A stretch of DNA of 63,116 nucleotides, counting the filler, from Olpidium bornovanus S191 (Eukaryota > Fungi > Olpidiomycota): assembly GCA_017911155.1 (NCBI GenBank). It is 27 parts of 27 records of this genome, joined end to end, with 100 filler letters (N's around TTAATTAATTAA, not from the genome) between each part and the next. Parts side by side here need not be neighbours in the genome. Positions count along the whole stretch, not along the records: positions 1 to 1,131 come from JAEFCI010003638.1; positions 1,232 to 2,471 come from JAEFCI010012797.1; positions 2,572 to 5,522 come from JAEFCI010007231.1; positions 5,623 to 8,001 come from JAEFCI010007431.1; positions 8,102 to 10,824 come from JAEFCI010011942.1; 22 more parts are not named here. One strand, given 5' to 3'. The translations under genes were made by a program, and so were the position numbers. This document shows positions 1-10,924 of this stretch, piece after piece (position 1 is the stretch's first letter; every line of letters starts with the position of its first letter). The notes beneath the pieces are model-generated. The model ran no database searches, was not told where the DNA came from, and saw nothing but the letters and a program-made list of their open reading frames with translations.

Positions 1-717
1 CCTTCTTGGCAACTTCCTCAGAACCAAGATGCCAGAGCAGCCACTGTCTATTGTGGCCACCAAAGGTATGTCGTCTATGGTAGCGTCTATATCGAACGAG
101 GCCAGCTCGCGCGAGGCCTTTCCTCCTTTCTGTCTTTGACGATCATTGTAGAGGCATTGCGTAGGCCCACATTCCAACCCTTCTCTTCCCCACCCCCACA
201 ACTCTGACGCCGCTAGTCCACCTCGGCGCCTGGCATGCCGTATCGCAAAAGGCTTTTTTTGTTTGCCCCATTAAACCCACGCATCCTCCAGAACACCGGA
301 CCTAAAGCGGCGAACGTCTTCTCGATTGAGGACGCCCTGCGTCATTCTCGTCCAGTTCGACCTGGATGGGATAATCAATCATCGCGGCTGTCAGGCTGGC
401 TACTGACCCTCGACAGCCTTTCCGTGGAAATATGTTTTTTTTCCGCAGGGTTCTTTACAAGTTGCAAAGGGGACAGCGCCCGCCCTCCTGCCGTCGACGG
501 AAGGGCGGAGGGATGCGGTGCAATAGCCGGGCTCGCGCGCACCGCAGGAAGCGCGATGACGGTTTCCGGCAGCCCAGATTGGGATCCCCGCCAGGCTGGA
601 AGATATCTTGGGTCTGTCGCTCTCGCGACCGCAAAGGGCCCTCTCGAAAGGGGCAATCCCGGCCAAACAACCGGCCTGATTCGCACGCCGTCTCATCGCG
701 ACGTCCTTGTCCGGCCG

Positions 718-748
<31 letters not shown>

Positions 749-1131
749 CCACCCCGACATTGCGCGCACCCGCCATGATCAACAACACCGGTACGCAGAA
801 CCAGCACAAGCGCGGTTCCGCACGGAGGAACTCTCGCATCCTCCCTCTCCCATTCGAGGCAGAACGGCCCACTGACCTCGCGCAATTTGCCGCGCTTTCT
901 CTGGGACACCATAACGCCGCCATCAGGACGCATTGCTCTGCCGGTCTCGTTGAAACGAGATTTTTTTGGTTTCGGCATTGGGAAAAGCAGGGAGTTTGAT
1001 TGGAGCACGTTTTGCAATTAACTGTTTGCTTACGCTGCATTTGTTCTAGGGCAAAGAAGCTTTACGGACATTTTGCCTGGGTTTTAGTTCTAATGGAGAG
1101 ATTCGTCATCGAGCACCAAAGCACACCATGA

Positions 1132-1231
1132 NNNNNNNNNNNNNNNNNNNNNNNNNNNNNNNNNNNNNNNNNNNNTTAATTAATTAANNNNNNNNNNNNN
1201 NNNNNNNNNNNNNNNNNNNNNNNNNNNNNNN
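1132..1231. other. Artificial contig-joining linker (44 N + TTAATTAATTAA + 44 N); first of 26
   Basis: The same 100-nt linker, with stops in all six frames, recurs at 1132, 2472, 5523, 8002, 10825, 14504, 15869, 17085, 19158, 21551, 24637, 27709, 29531, 30631, 32355, 34045, 37347, 39954, 47294, 48669, 49902, 51498, 53685, 57157, 58320 and 59594 (start positions). It splits the window into 27 contigs of at least 1000 bp. Confidence 0.99.
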
Positions 1232-1239
1232 CTTCCTCG

Positions 1240-1306
<67 letters not shown>

Positions 1307-1663
1307 GGGCGTCAGAGGAGGAAGAAGCTGCCGGACGCGCCGCCGGCCGCACTTTGCGTCGTCGCAAGGCGACCGGTCGCCGCTTTTTGGGCGTTTTGTT
1401 CAGACGATGCGCGAGTCGGTCGCTTCGAACGTCCCCCCATCGATTTATTTTTTGTCCCCAGGAACAGATCTGCGTTTTCCGGCGCTTCGAGCCGTCGGCG
1501 CGCGTTGGCAGCAGCGGCAGCCTTCAGGGAGTCCACGCATCGGTCGCGGCAGCGCGGTCGCGCCCCTCGGGTCCGGTCTCTCTTCGAGCAAATTCGCGAA
1601 GCCCCGCTGTTGGCGCGCAAATAATATGATGGTAACGTGAAAAAAAATAATCGTGCTCGGAGC

Positions 1664-1737
1664 GGTCTCTTAGCTCAGTTGGTTAGAGCGTGGTGCTAAT
1701 AACGCCAAGGTCACTGGTTCGACCCCTGTAGGGACCA
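1664..1737 (+). tRNA. tRNA-Ile (anticodon AAU), intronless
   Basis: GGTCTCTTAGCTCAGTTGGTTAGAGCGTGGTGCTAATAACGCCAAGGTCACTGGTTCGACCCCTGTAGGGACCA folds as a cloverleaf. Acceptor stem GGTCTCT/AGGGACC; anticodon arm TGGTG-CTAATAA-CGCCA; T-loop TTCGA; no encoded CCA; TTTT Pol III terminator at 1739-1742. Confidence 0.96.
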
Positions 1738-1876
1738 CTTTGCAACTTTTGCTTCTCAGCCAGACGATAAGACGCCTCTTGGCCCCGCGGAGAGGCGGAG
1801 CGGCGTTTTTTTAAAATGCGCGGCGCGCGAGCTCAGCAGCTGCGCCGGGTTGTGATTGTATTGTTTAGGCTAGGAA

Positions 1877-1888
1877 GGTCACGTGACC
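1877..1888. promoter_or_regulatory. Palindromic bHLH E-box GGTCACGTGACC (Cbf1/USF/CLEAR-type)
   Basis: Perfect 12-bp palindrome in non-coding DNA. The same core GTCACGTGAC occurs at 12647 and 18989. Confidence 0.45.
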
Positions 1889-2693
1889 GCCTCAGACCCG
1901 ACGCTCCCCACTTTTCCCGCCTCCGCCGACGCCGCCTAGACGCGCCCCGCCCGACGCGCAAAAAAAAAACAAATCTAAAGAAACAAACGCGGAAACGCCC
2001 CCGAAAACTGCCCTGACGTCGGCGGGGCACGGAGGGAAAGATGCCCGGTCAGGCGGAAGGCGGGGCGGGGCAAAAACAATCGGGCTGGAAAACCGCGCCG
2101 GAGCCTCGTCGTCGTTCACTGGCCGCGTCCGAACCGACAACCGGCTGCCCGCGTCCTGGAAACTAAAAATTATATAAAATAATAAAAACCTCCCTGTCCA
2201 CCACCACACCTTTCCAATTCCCGCTCAGACCGCTACCAGGCGGCGCCGGGAGGAAGAAAAAACTGGCCAAAGCTTCGGAGAGTGAACATTACGCCGGGAA
2301 AGCAGCGCGCGCGACCCGAAAACCTTGCTGCCTGGTCGCTTTCTTCGTAAACATGGAAACAAAAGCAGACCAGCGCACACTCTGTATATCCCTGCGGAGT
2401 AAGGTCCAATCGCTGTCGCAAGACATCGAGAATATCCTGAGGTATGAGGTGATTCTCACCCCTTTTTCCCCNNNNNNNNNNNNNNNNNNNNNNNNNNNNN
2501 NNNNNNNNNNNNNNNTTAATTAATTAANNNNNNNNNNNNNNNNNNNNNNNNNNNNNNNNNNNNNNNNNNNNCATGACAACCGGACAGGCGCAACCTGAAA
2601 ACCGGACGGGCGCAGCCTCACAACAGGACGAGAGCAACCGTGACAGTGTGCCAGGTGTGTGTTTTTTTTTCCGATGTATTAATTTTAGTTTGT

Positions 2694-2822
2694 ACGAACT
2701 CAACACGAACTCAAGGAGCTAAACTTAAAAAGAGACGGTCACGAACTAAAATCTGCTTCACGACTCAAAAGAGACGGTCACGAACTCACAAGAGACGGTA
2801 CCCTGAAAAAGGGACGGTACCG
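2694..2822. repeat. Short dispersed direct repeats (AAGAGACGGTCACGAACT / CACGAACT)
   Basis: GAGACGGT at 2732, 2771 and 2792, with a variant GGGACGGT at 2811. (C/T)ACGAACT recurs several times. Confidence 0.7.
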
Positions 2823-3030
2823 TAAAAAAGAAAGAAAAAAAAAGGGGAGGGGAGGGAGGCCGACGCCGTGGACGACGCCACACGGGTCACGCCCTCCAGA
2901 ACCGCAGAGTCACACATATTTATTGATCCACTTAAATAGATCACGCGGGCAGAACCCCCCCCCCCTTCCCCGAGCTTGCCCGCGTGAACCCTTCCTTCCT
3001 CCGAGACCTCCGAGACCTCCTGCGGAGCCT

Positions 3031-3161
3031 GACCCGCGTGAACCATGGAGGCGGCCGAGGCGGCCGCGATGGCGACCGCATGAACCATGGAGGCGGCCGC
3101 GACGGTGACCGCGTGAACCATGGAGGCGGCCGCGACGGCGACGCGTGAACCATGGTTCACG
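3031..3161. repeat. 33-bp GC-rich minisatellite ending in an 18-bp perfect palindrome
   Basis: Units GACCGCGTGAACCATGGAGGCGGCCGCGACGG(T/C) at about 3031, 3074 and 3107. The fourth unit turns into CGTGAACCATGGTTCACG (3144-3161). Confidence 0.85.
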
Positions 3162-4968
3162 GTGACAGTGACCGCGTGAGCGCAAACGGCGGGCCTCGTG
3201 AATGCCACGCGGAACGCCCTCACCGACAACCGTCAACCATGGGCACAGCACAATGGTCAACCATGGCAAAAACGGGCAACCATGGGGCAGCGGTTGGACA
3301 ACAGTGGTGAGCATAAATAGCAAGCCCCACTCGTTGCAGGGTTTCTCTTTTCTCCAGAACTTTCCAGAAGAAAACCCAGCACAAAGAAAACCAAAAGGTC
3401 CAAAAGCTAGAATAGCAAAAGGCGCTAAGTCGCGAACACTTTCCTTGTTCTTGTTACTTCCCCTGCTAAAAGCCAAAGGAAAGACAAGACTCCTAAAACG
3501 TCACAATTTGTATCCGACCGTCAACATCATCCTAGTTTTGTCAAAAAGGCAACATGTCCGACTTTCAGCTCTTCCTTGTCAATATTGCTCGATCGATATT
3601 GGGAGCCACCTACGAGAATGGACAACCCATTACACCCGAGCGTGTGCAGGAGTTGATGTGTAATTTCCAACAATCCTCTACTGCATCTAATGCGGCTTCC
3701 ACCGAACCAGCAACTAAGCAGTCATCCTTGCCAGCAAAATCGAAGTCTGACCCATCAAGGGCCTCATCGTTGTCAGGAAAGTCTTCCAACCACGATATTC
3801 CCAGCCAAGAGAAGCAGTTCATAAAACAACTGGAGCAGCTGCAACAGAGTCTGTCATCATCAAAGTTCCATTTTTCGGCAGACACTACAGATGCAGATCT
3901 GTTGGGGGTGTGTGGAACCTGGGTGGAATCCGGGCGGAGACGGGGTCCCACCCGGACCATAGGTCATTTACCACCCCCGAGGCCAACACAGCCCTGGAGG
4001 CCACCGCTCCGGGGCCAACACAGCCCCAAGGGACCCACTGGGTCCACCTTGCTACTGCATGGTGCTAGCTCACTGGCTAATACAATAGCCCGTAAGGGCG
4101 TTCATCTATATCTATCTATGGCTCGCCATGGGAACTCGGTGTCTCGCAGAGCGGCCCCCACCAGACCCCCCCATCTTCTTGACCAAGTCGTCCCGGCTGT
4201 CACTTGGTTGTTGCCCGGCAGTGCAAGGGCACCAGGACGAGAACATTGCCACGTTGCCGCGCCATCTCAGTCCCGGCTGAACGGCTCCCAGGTCGATCAA
4301 AGTAGCCAACTGTCACTACACCGGCTGGAGCTATCCGGAGGTTGGCGGCCTCCTGCAACACGCCAAGGACGACCGGCAAGGATGGGTGCCGATCTAGTGG
4401 AGTCCCACTCGTTGATACGCTTTACTCGCCTTGACTTGGATCCCAAGGCCGCCGGGTCCTAAAGTGGGTGCATGAAAGACTGTTTGGACGGCTTTGAAGG
4501 GCTTTTGCCTGTTTATGCGCGCGACTTCTGCTTTTGACTCCAGCGAAATGGACCAGGTAGCCACCATACTACCGTCTTGCAGGCCCTCGTCGTGCATTTT
4601 GCACCGGCATGGGATAGATCCCGTCCGACGGGGATCAGCTGCGGTCCTATCCACCTGCGTTGGTTCTCTCTAAGCAGCGGCTGCCCTCTCGGCCAACACG
4701 AAGGCTACCCCGTGAGGACTCGCATGGCCATCTGGCCATTGCCGACGTACTCCACTAATCGTAGAGATCAGAGTCCACCGTCGTTCAGCTGCTCAGCGCT
4801 GCCTCTCGTCAGCGTTTCGGCATGTCGCCAACATCCTGTCTCACGACTTCTTGCTGCGTCTCCGAGCACAATTTTGTAACGGCCCCCCGTTGTACTCTCA
4901 GGTGCTGCCACCAGGTGCCCCGGGCTCCCGCACCGCTTCTTAGCGGGACATCCGTCTGCTGGGGCCTC

Positions 4969-5522
4969 TGTTGAGTTTATTTTCTTCTGCTTTATTCTTA
5001 TTTCTCCTACGCGTGTTCTTGGTTAGAACCCCACAATGTTTGTACTGTACTATAACGCGTAAACTTCCTTTTGAATAAAAGGAGCCGCACCGGGCGGCGA
5101 AACACATAACTCTCACAGGTTATGAGCCCAAGCGGACTCTGACCCCGCCGCGCCGTCCCCGCAGCGCCGACGCCGCGTTCGCCGTCGCCGCTTTCCGGCT
5201 GCCGCCGCCGCCTTCCGGCTGCCGCCGCTGCCTTCCGGCTGCCGCCGCCGCTTTCCGGCTGCCGCCGCCGCTTTCCGGCTGCCGCCACCATCTCCGCCTC
5301 TCTCGCTTCGGCGAACCGGAGACTCGCCGCCGCTTTCCGGCTTCCGCCGCTGCCTTCCGGCTGCCGCCACCGCTTTCCGGCTGCCGCCGCCGCTTTCCGG
5401 CTGCCGCCACCACTTCCGCCTCTCTCGCTTCGGCGAACCGGAGACTCGCCGCCGCCGCCGCCGCCATCTCCGCCTCTCTCGCTTCGGCGAACCGGAGACT
5501 CGCCGCCGCCGCCGCCGCCATC
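4969..5522 (+). mobile_element. Ty1/copia retrotransposon 5' end: short LTR (~4969-5117), PBS (5118-5129), repeat-rich leader; cut by contig end
   Basis: An AT-rich segment TGTTGAG...CTCTCACA carries a TATA-like CTATAA and AATAAA. It is followed directly by GGTTATGAGCCC, the reverse complement of the tRNAiMet anticodon arm GGGCTCATAACC. This is the half-tRNA PBS of Ty5/Drosophila copia-type elements. Confidence 0.85.
5181..5522 (+). repeat. Compound tandem repeat in copia leader
   Basis: About nine ~20-bp units (GCC)n-C(T/C)TTCCGGCT, plus three 34-bp units TCTCCGCCTCTCTCGCTTCGGCGAACCGGAGACT at 5291, ~5413 and 5467. Confidence 0.9.
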
Positions 5523-5733
5523 NNNNNNNNNNNNNNNNNNNNNNNNNNNNNNNNNNNNNNNNNNNNTTAATTAATTAANNNNNNNNNNNNNNNNNNNNNN
5601 NNNNNNNNNNNNNNNNNNNNNNTTTTGGGCTCCGCCCCCCGTCTCGGCCGCTCCCGGATCACCGTCTGCGGGTGAGTTTTGGACCCGAACGGCGCAACAC
5701 GCGCAGCTCCCCGCGGGGGTCGCCCTGGGGGGC

Positions 5734-5769
<36 letters not shown>

Positions 5770-5952
5770 AAACACGCTGTTTTGGGATCTTTTGCTCCCT
5801 GCGGTAAACCAAAAACCCGAAATTCACGTCTGGTGTGCTCCGGGGTTGTGCGTGTGTGTGTGTGCGTGTGCACGCGTGCGTGCGTGTGCGTGTGTGTTTT
5901 TGTGTTTGTGTTTGTGTTTCTCTCTGTGTTTACGTGTTCGGTGGGCTCAAAG

Positions 5953-7570
5953 GCCCACACCGCCGAAATCTCCGCACTCGAGTCGGACTCCTCGTCGTGC
6001 CGCATATTTTCGGCCGGCCGTGACCATCACATCAAAGTTTGGCAAGCGTCGTTTCCACAGGCCTGGTCCTCTTCCACGGGGCTAGACCACGAGAGAGGCT
6101 CGACCCAGGGAAACCAGCAGGGCGGCGTCATTCCCCTTCTGGAAGTTTCGCTTTTGTGCGTGGTGCCGGTGTTCAAACAGATGATACCTTACGTTCTCTG
6201 CCACACGCCGTCGGAAGACCACCTTTCCGCTGCGCTGGAGGGCGGCGGCATTGTGATCCATAAGCTTGAGCAAGGTGCGTGCAGGGACGGTTCAGTTCGG
6301 CTCCAGGGCACCCAGATTCCCGCGGAAAAATTGTTCGGACCGCCCCAGTTCACTTCGGGGACAAATTTGGCTGACGATTCTTTGTCCCACAATTTTTACA
6401 CCTGCCCTCAGATAAGGTGAAGTTGCACACCGCGGATGAAGACCACGTCAGCAAGGTTTCCTCGATTGTGTGTCTCCGGTCTTTGGGCATAACGGCGTCG
6501 GGCAGCACAGACGGCACCGTCAAAATCTGGAACGAAGAGAACGCTCTGATCCGGGAGATCCAATTCAACGAGCCGATACTCGCGATATGCTTCGCGAATC
6601 AGAAAGGCGACCTGCTCGTCGGCCTGTCGGACCACATTTCCGTCGTGCGGATGCAAGATTGTAATCCTTCCGTTTGCGCGGCTTTTCCACAAAACGTTTT
6701 GCTTCCGCGGAGTTCTCGTTTTTCGTGTTCCTGGAAGCGAAGAACACCCTTGATGAAACTCCCGTGGTGCGCGCAGACCTGCCCGTGAAGCAACTCTATC
6801 AAGCATATGATATGGACTTTCCAGACGATGCAGTAGAGCCGCCGACCATGTTCGACCCCAACCTAGACTTTTGGGACTACTATCACCAAAAACAGGACGA
6901 TGAAAATACAGACTGGCACATACAGAAAGTGTAGGAATTTTTAACATGGTCCGCGAATCCTGGCCTTGTGTTTTCGCACGTGAGTCGAACGTTTACGACA
7001 CTAATGCCGGCCGTCAGCGTCAACGTGGCAGAAACTCTTCCGGCTTCATTGCTCAACCTGACTGAGCAAGACGAGGACGACGACACGATCAAGGAGCAGC
7101 GACGCAAGAAGAGAGAGTATCTGGAAGCGGAGCGAAGGAATTACAATCTTTGGCAGATGTTCGTCCCGAAAGTCGATCACGAGGTGTTGATGTGTCCTCC
7201 TCCCGAGTCGCAGCGGCGGCCGTCGGTCCCATGGGACGAGTCGCAAGAGTCGCTGCAGCTCGCGAAAACGGAGGATATTGGCGCCGGACTCATGACACAA
7301 GGCGGCCTGTTGGCGGAGACTCCGCAAATCAGCCTGGTTGGTACATATCGGCCACTGAGACTAGCTGGAAAGGGACGGAAGCCGCGGCCCTTGACCTTCG
7401 GCTTGTTTGGCGAATTGCGCATTCTTTAAAATCGTTCTACATCTCCGCTCCCCTCGGCCCCCCTCACTGCCTCCCGTCTCTCCTGATCCCCTTTTCCTTA
7501 GGAAGCGATCGCTACCGAACATGGCGAACGCGGCCGGTCAAGCCAATCAGAGGAGGAGGAGGAGGAAGAG
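5953..7570 (+). CDS. WD40-repeat protein, WDR87/WDR97-like (multi-exon, partial)
   Basis: WD motifs AHTAEISALE...IFSAGRDHHIKVW and ITASGSTDGTVKIWNEENALIREIQFNEPILAICFANQKGDLLVGL, resembling the WDR87/WDR97 signature (…KIW…CFAN..GDLL…). GT-AG introns near 6275, 6661, 6931 and 7340. Acidic/coiled-coil C-terminal exons. Confidence 0.7.
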
Positions 7571-8101
7571 GTAGAGGGACCCCAGCAAGCGTCGAATGCC
7601 GCACGTGGGGAAGGAGTCGCTGAGAAACGACCGTTGGGGAGAAGAGAGAAAGTCCGATTTGGTGCGCCCATTTTGCGCCGCTGGATTTCGCTTTTTTTTT
7701 TCCCCCCATTCTTTTCTTAGTTTTCCCTGATAAACTCCCACGACAAACAAAATAAAAAAAAGCAGAACAGCAACCAGGTCAGTTACCAAGGCGCGGGAAT
7801 CGGGCCGACCCGGAGCATCGCCGGTTTGCATGTGAAAATTCCCGTCTCGGCGGTTTGGAGATTGCTGACGCGATTTTCCGCTTTTCTTTATTTCGCGCGT
7901 TCGTTTTCCGTCTGCACGCCGCGGTCGCCGAAATCCGACGTCGGATTTTATTTCTCCCCGCCCCCACCCCCTCAACTTTCCACCGGAAAAAAAAAAAAAA
8001 ANNNNNNNNNNNNNNNNNNNNNNNNNNNNNNNNNNNNNNNNNNNNTTAATTAATTAANNNNNNNNNNNNNNNNNNNNNNNNNNNNNNNNNNNNNNNNNNN
8101 N

Positions 8102-9700
8102 CATGTCCTCCGTTAGGAAGTCCTTTTAGCGCGATGTCCCGCTTCTCCACACACTCGCGAATGTAATGCCACCGGACGTCAATGTGCTTGGTGCGCTGAT
8201 GGTGGACAGGATTTTTTGCCAATAAGAGTGCACCCCGGTTGTCCCCTCTGATCTCGATTGGTCCTCCGTCGTTGCCGGTGGGCCCCGCCTTCAATCTCCG
8301 CAGCCACACCGCCTCCTTGGTTGGCCCCGCGATAGCGACGCACTCCGCTTCCATCATCAAGGTGGCAACTACCTCCGGACGCCAGCTTCGCCAACTGATC
8401 ACCCTGCCATTAAAAGGTAGACGTATCCGCTGGTCGATCTGCGGGTTCCTCAGCATTCCGTGTAGTCTGCATTTTTTCATCGCAGAAGCCCTGAATCTCG
8501 TCCCCGTCGGCGCTGGAGGCGCCGACGGGGACGAGGTTCAGGCTTCGCAGTTTCTTACCAGCTGTCGTATTTAGATACCGCACAACGCGAAGCGCGGCGA
8601 CCCAGTCCGCCTCCTGAGGGTCCGTTTGCCTTCGCCCGAGACAGCCGGCCACGAAAGCGATATCGCTATGGCCATATCGCTATGGCCACGTACAGCAGCG
8701 CCCCCACCAATTTCTTGTACTTCGTGACGTCAACGGCCTCACCTCGTCCCTCAGGGACAGTTTCTTCGGCTAGGCCTCCTGGCGTTGTGATGGGTCTGGC
8801 AGCTACCTGGCCCTGAGCCCGCGCGAGGTCTCTAATATGCCTCCTGATCGATGTCGATCGTTTGGGACTCTCAGTTCCTCGAAAAACAGATCCCAAGGGC
8901 CAAGTTCTGCTTTTCGGCAGCAGTGGCGCCAAAATCCCGCGCCAGGTCTTTCTTGATTCCTTTGATTGCTTCCGCATTCGTCGCGAACAGGGCCAGGTCG
9001 TCCACCCAGGTTAGAATCCACGCGCCTTCACCGTCCCCGGATATATGCTCCATGGCCCAACCAATTTTATCCCGAGCTCCCTTCAGCCTTATACCCCAGG
9101 CCCTCCCGGCCTGTTTCTGTCCATATAGCGGTTGACGAAGGCGCAGGACAGATCCCTCTCCCTGTCCGCGCAGCCAAATCACCCTGGGCGGCACCTCCAT
9201 GTAGATCTCCTTGTGAAGTCGACCATTGAGGTAGGCAGTTTGGACATCGATGGTCTCCACCAGTAGCCCCCTGCAGGCCACGAGCGCCATGGCCGTGCGC
9301 GGCATCGGGAGTCAAATCACGAGAGCAAGGGTATCATAGTAATCGACTCCGGCCACCTGCGTAAACCCGCGTGCGGCTAACCTTGCTTTTGGCTTTTTCA
9401 CCGTTCCATCAGCGTATCTCTGAGTTTTGAAGACCAACTTGCACCCGACTGGCTTTCGCCCGGGGGGCAGGCGGGTTGGTTCGCCAAGTTCCGTGAACTT
9501 GCAACGACTTTAGCTCCGCGTCGACAGCTACCTGCCATTCGTCTGCATCCCCCCCCCGTGATAGCGTCGTGGTACGTGGCAGTGTCCGAGCATCGTGGCG
9601 CCTCGGCGGTGAGCATGCACATCTCCGCCCCACGCTCGGCTGCAAGTCGCTGTAAGCGTTCCGAACGTCGAAGCGACAATGGTACCGACAAGGTTTTGGA
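8102..9700 (-). mobile_element. Degenerate Ty1/copia pol (RT + RNase H) pseudogene
   Basis: LRRSERL linker; EWQVAVDAELKSLQVHGTW; KARLAARGFTQVAGVDY; IDVQTAYLNG...YGQKQAGRAW; WVDDL catalytic motif; DNRGALLLAKNPVHHQRTKHIDVRWHYIRE. Several frameshifts, a TGA at 9312-9314 and a 14-bp tandem duplication near 8657-8686. Confidence 0.95.
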
Positions 9701-9835
9701 GGGGAAGCTCAATGGAGCTGCCGGAGACGAATTCCCTTCTCTTCGTTTGCTTTTCGGCACGTGGGAGGGCCGGCCGGGAGAGAAGCATTCTGGTGATCAC
9801 GTGGCCCGTCGAGCGCGTCGTGCGGTTCACGATTT

Positions 9836-9872
<37 letters not shown>

Positions 9873-10335
9873 CTTTTTCCCCTGCCCCGAGAGGGCAAGG
9901 CTCCCCCCGCACCCGCCGCGAACCACCACCGCCCGGGTTCCCCGCCCCCGCGTTCGCGCCCGGCGAGGAAGACGCAGGAGGCGGAGGGAAAGGACGCGCA
10001 GGAACAAGAAAGAAGACGGAACGGGCCGACGAAACCGCGCGCTGTGAAGGCGCCCGTCCCTCTTCTCTCCTTCCCCCTCTCAGCCGCCACCTCGCCTTTC
10101 TCCATTGCCGGCGGGCGGCAGCAGCGCGCCTGCCTGCGGAGCGCACCCGGCTCCGAAACGAGTCTCTTGCACCCGCACCCCACCGCGCGGCCTCCTCGTC
10201 TAATCACCGCAGGCACCTCACCCTCCCCGAACGACGCGATTCGCCGGCCCCCCCTCCCCCGCTTACAAGCTGCACGCACACACGAGCACGCACCCAGTCA
10301 CTCACTCCCTCCCTCCCCCTCCTTCCCCGTCAACG

Positions 10336-10584
10336 ATGACCGCCCCGAGCGTACAATCGCCGTCTCCACCACCGCCGTTGCCGTCCTTGTTGCCGGACAT
10401 CGACGCGTGGCTCGCGTTGCTGCCGTCCTCCGCGGTCTCCTCGCATCATGTCTTTGGCTTTCTGCTCTCCGTCTTCGCGTCGATGGGAACCTTAGTGGGT
10501 GGCATTGTCGTCATCGTGCTTGTCAAGTTCGCGAGAACGGATACGCGAAGCAGACGGGCGGCGAGACTCATCGGGGTACTTCAG
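10336..10584 (+). CDS. First exon of a membrane protein, possibly a ZIP/ZupT-type metal transporter
   Basis: ATG at 10336. Hydrophobic helix VFGFLLSVFASMGTLVGGIVVIVLV followed by ...LIGVLQ and a GTGAG donor at 10585. Resembles TM1-TM2 of ZupT-like ZIP proteins; the family call is inference. Confidence 0.45.
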
Positions 10585-10717
10585 GTGAGAACCGGCCGTC
10601 TAACCGACGTGTCTTTGCACGGCCGGCGTGCAAAAAATTCGCTGGGACCGGCGCGTCAGAGTCTGGCTAGTCATGCGCATGGGTGCTCTTCGTCTTGCGT
10701 CCACATGTTGCGCGCCG

Positions 10718-10798
<81 letters not shown>

Positions 10799-10924
10799 CC
10801 GCCCCCCCCCCCGCCCCCCCCCCCNNNNNNNNNNNNNNNNNNNNNNNNNNNNNNNNNNNNNNNNNNNNTTAATTAATTAANNNNNNNNNNNNNNNNNNNN
10901 NNNNNNNNNNNNNNNNNNNNNNNN

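Noticed and set aside
235-1040. Poly-Pro/poly-Gly ORFs here and at 10336-10880, 14548-15920, 21407, 27753, 39638-39934 etc.
   Set aside because: They are translations of C/G homopolymers in GC-rich, stop-poor DNA, with no domain signal.
1176-1187. Repeated TTAATTAATTAA (PacI-like) flanked by N runs as a biological repeat or CRISPR array
   Set aside because: It is an identical 100-nt spacer with stops in all six frames, i.e. an assembly concatenation linker.
2694-3290. Repeat clusters as a CRISPR-like array
   Set aside because: Unit spacing is irregular, there are no unique 25-45 nt spacers, no cas genes are present, and the context is eukaryotic.
4875-4968. TGTAAC… segment as a gypsy LTR end with a PBS on the minus strand (AAAT-TGTGCTCGG)
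   Set aside because: The candidate PBS lacks TGG and does not give a conserved tRNA C61. No gag or pol was found in 3550-4870. It remains possible but is unsupported.
5120-5521. Minus-strand ORF MAAAAAASLRFAEAREAE… as a repeat protein
   Set aside because: It is the antisense of the copia leader minisatellite.
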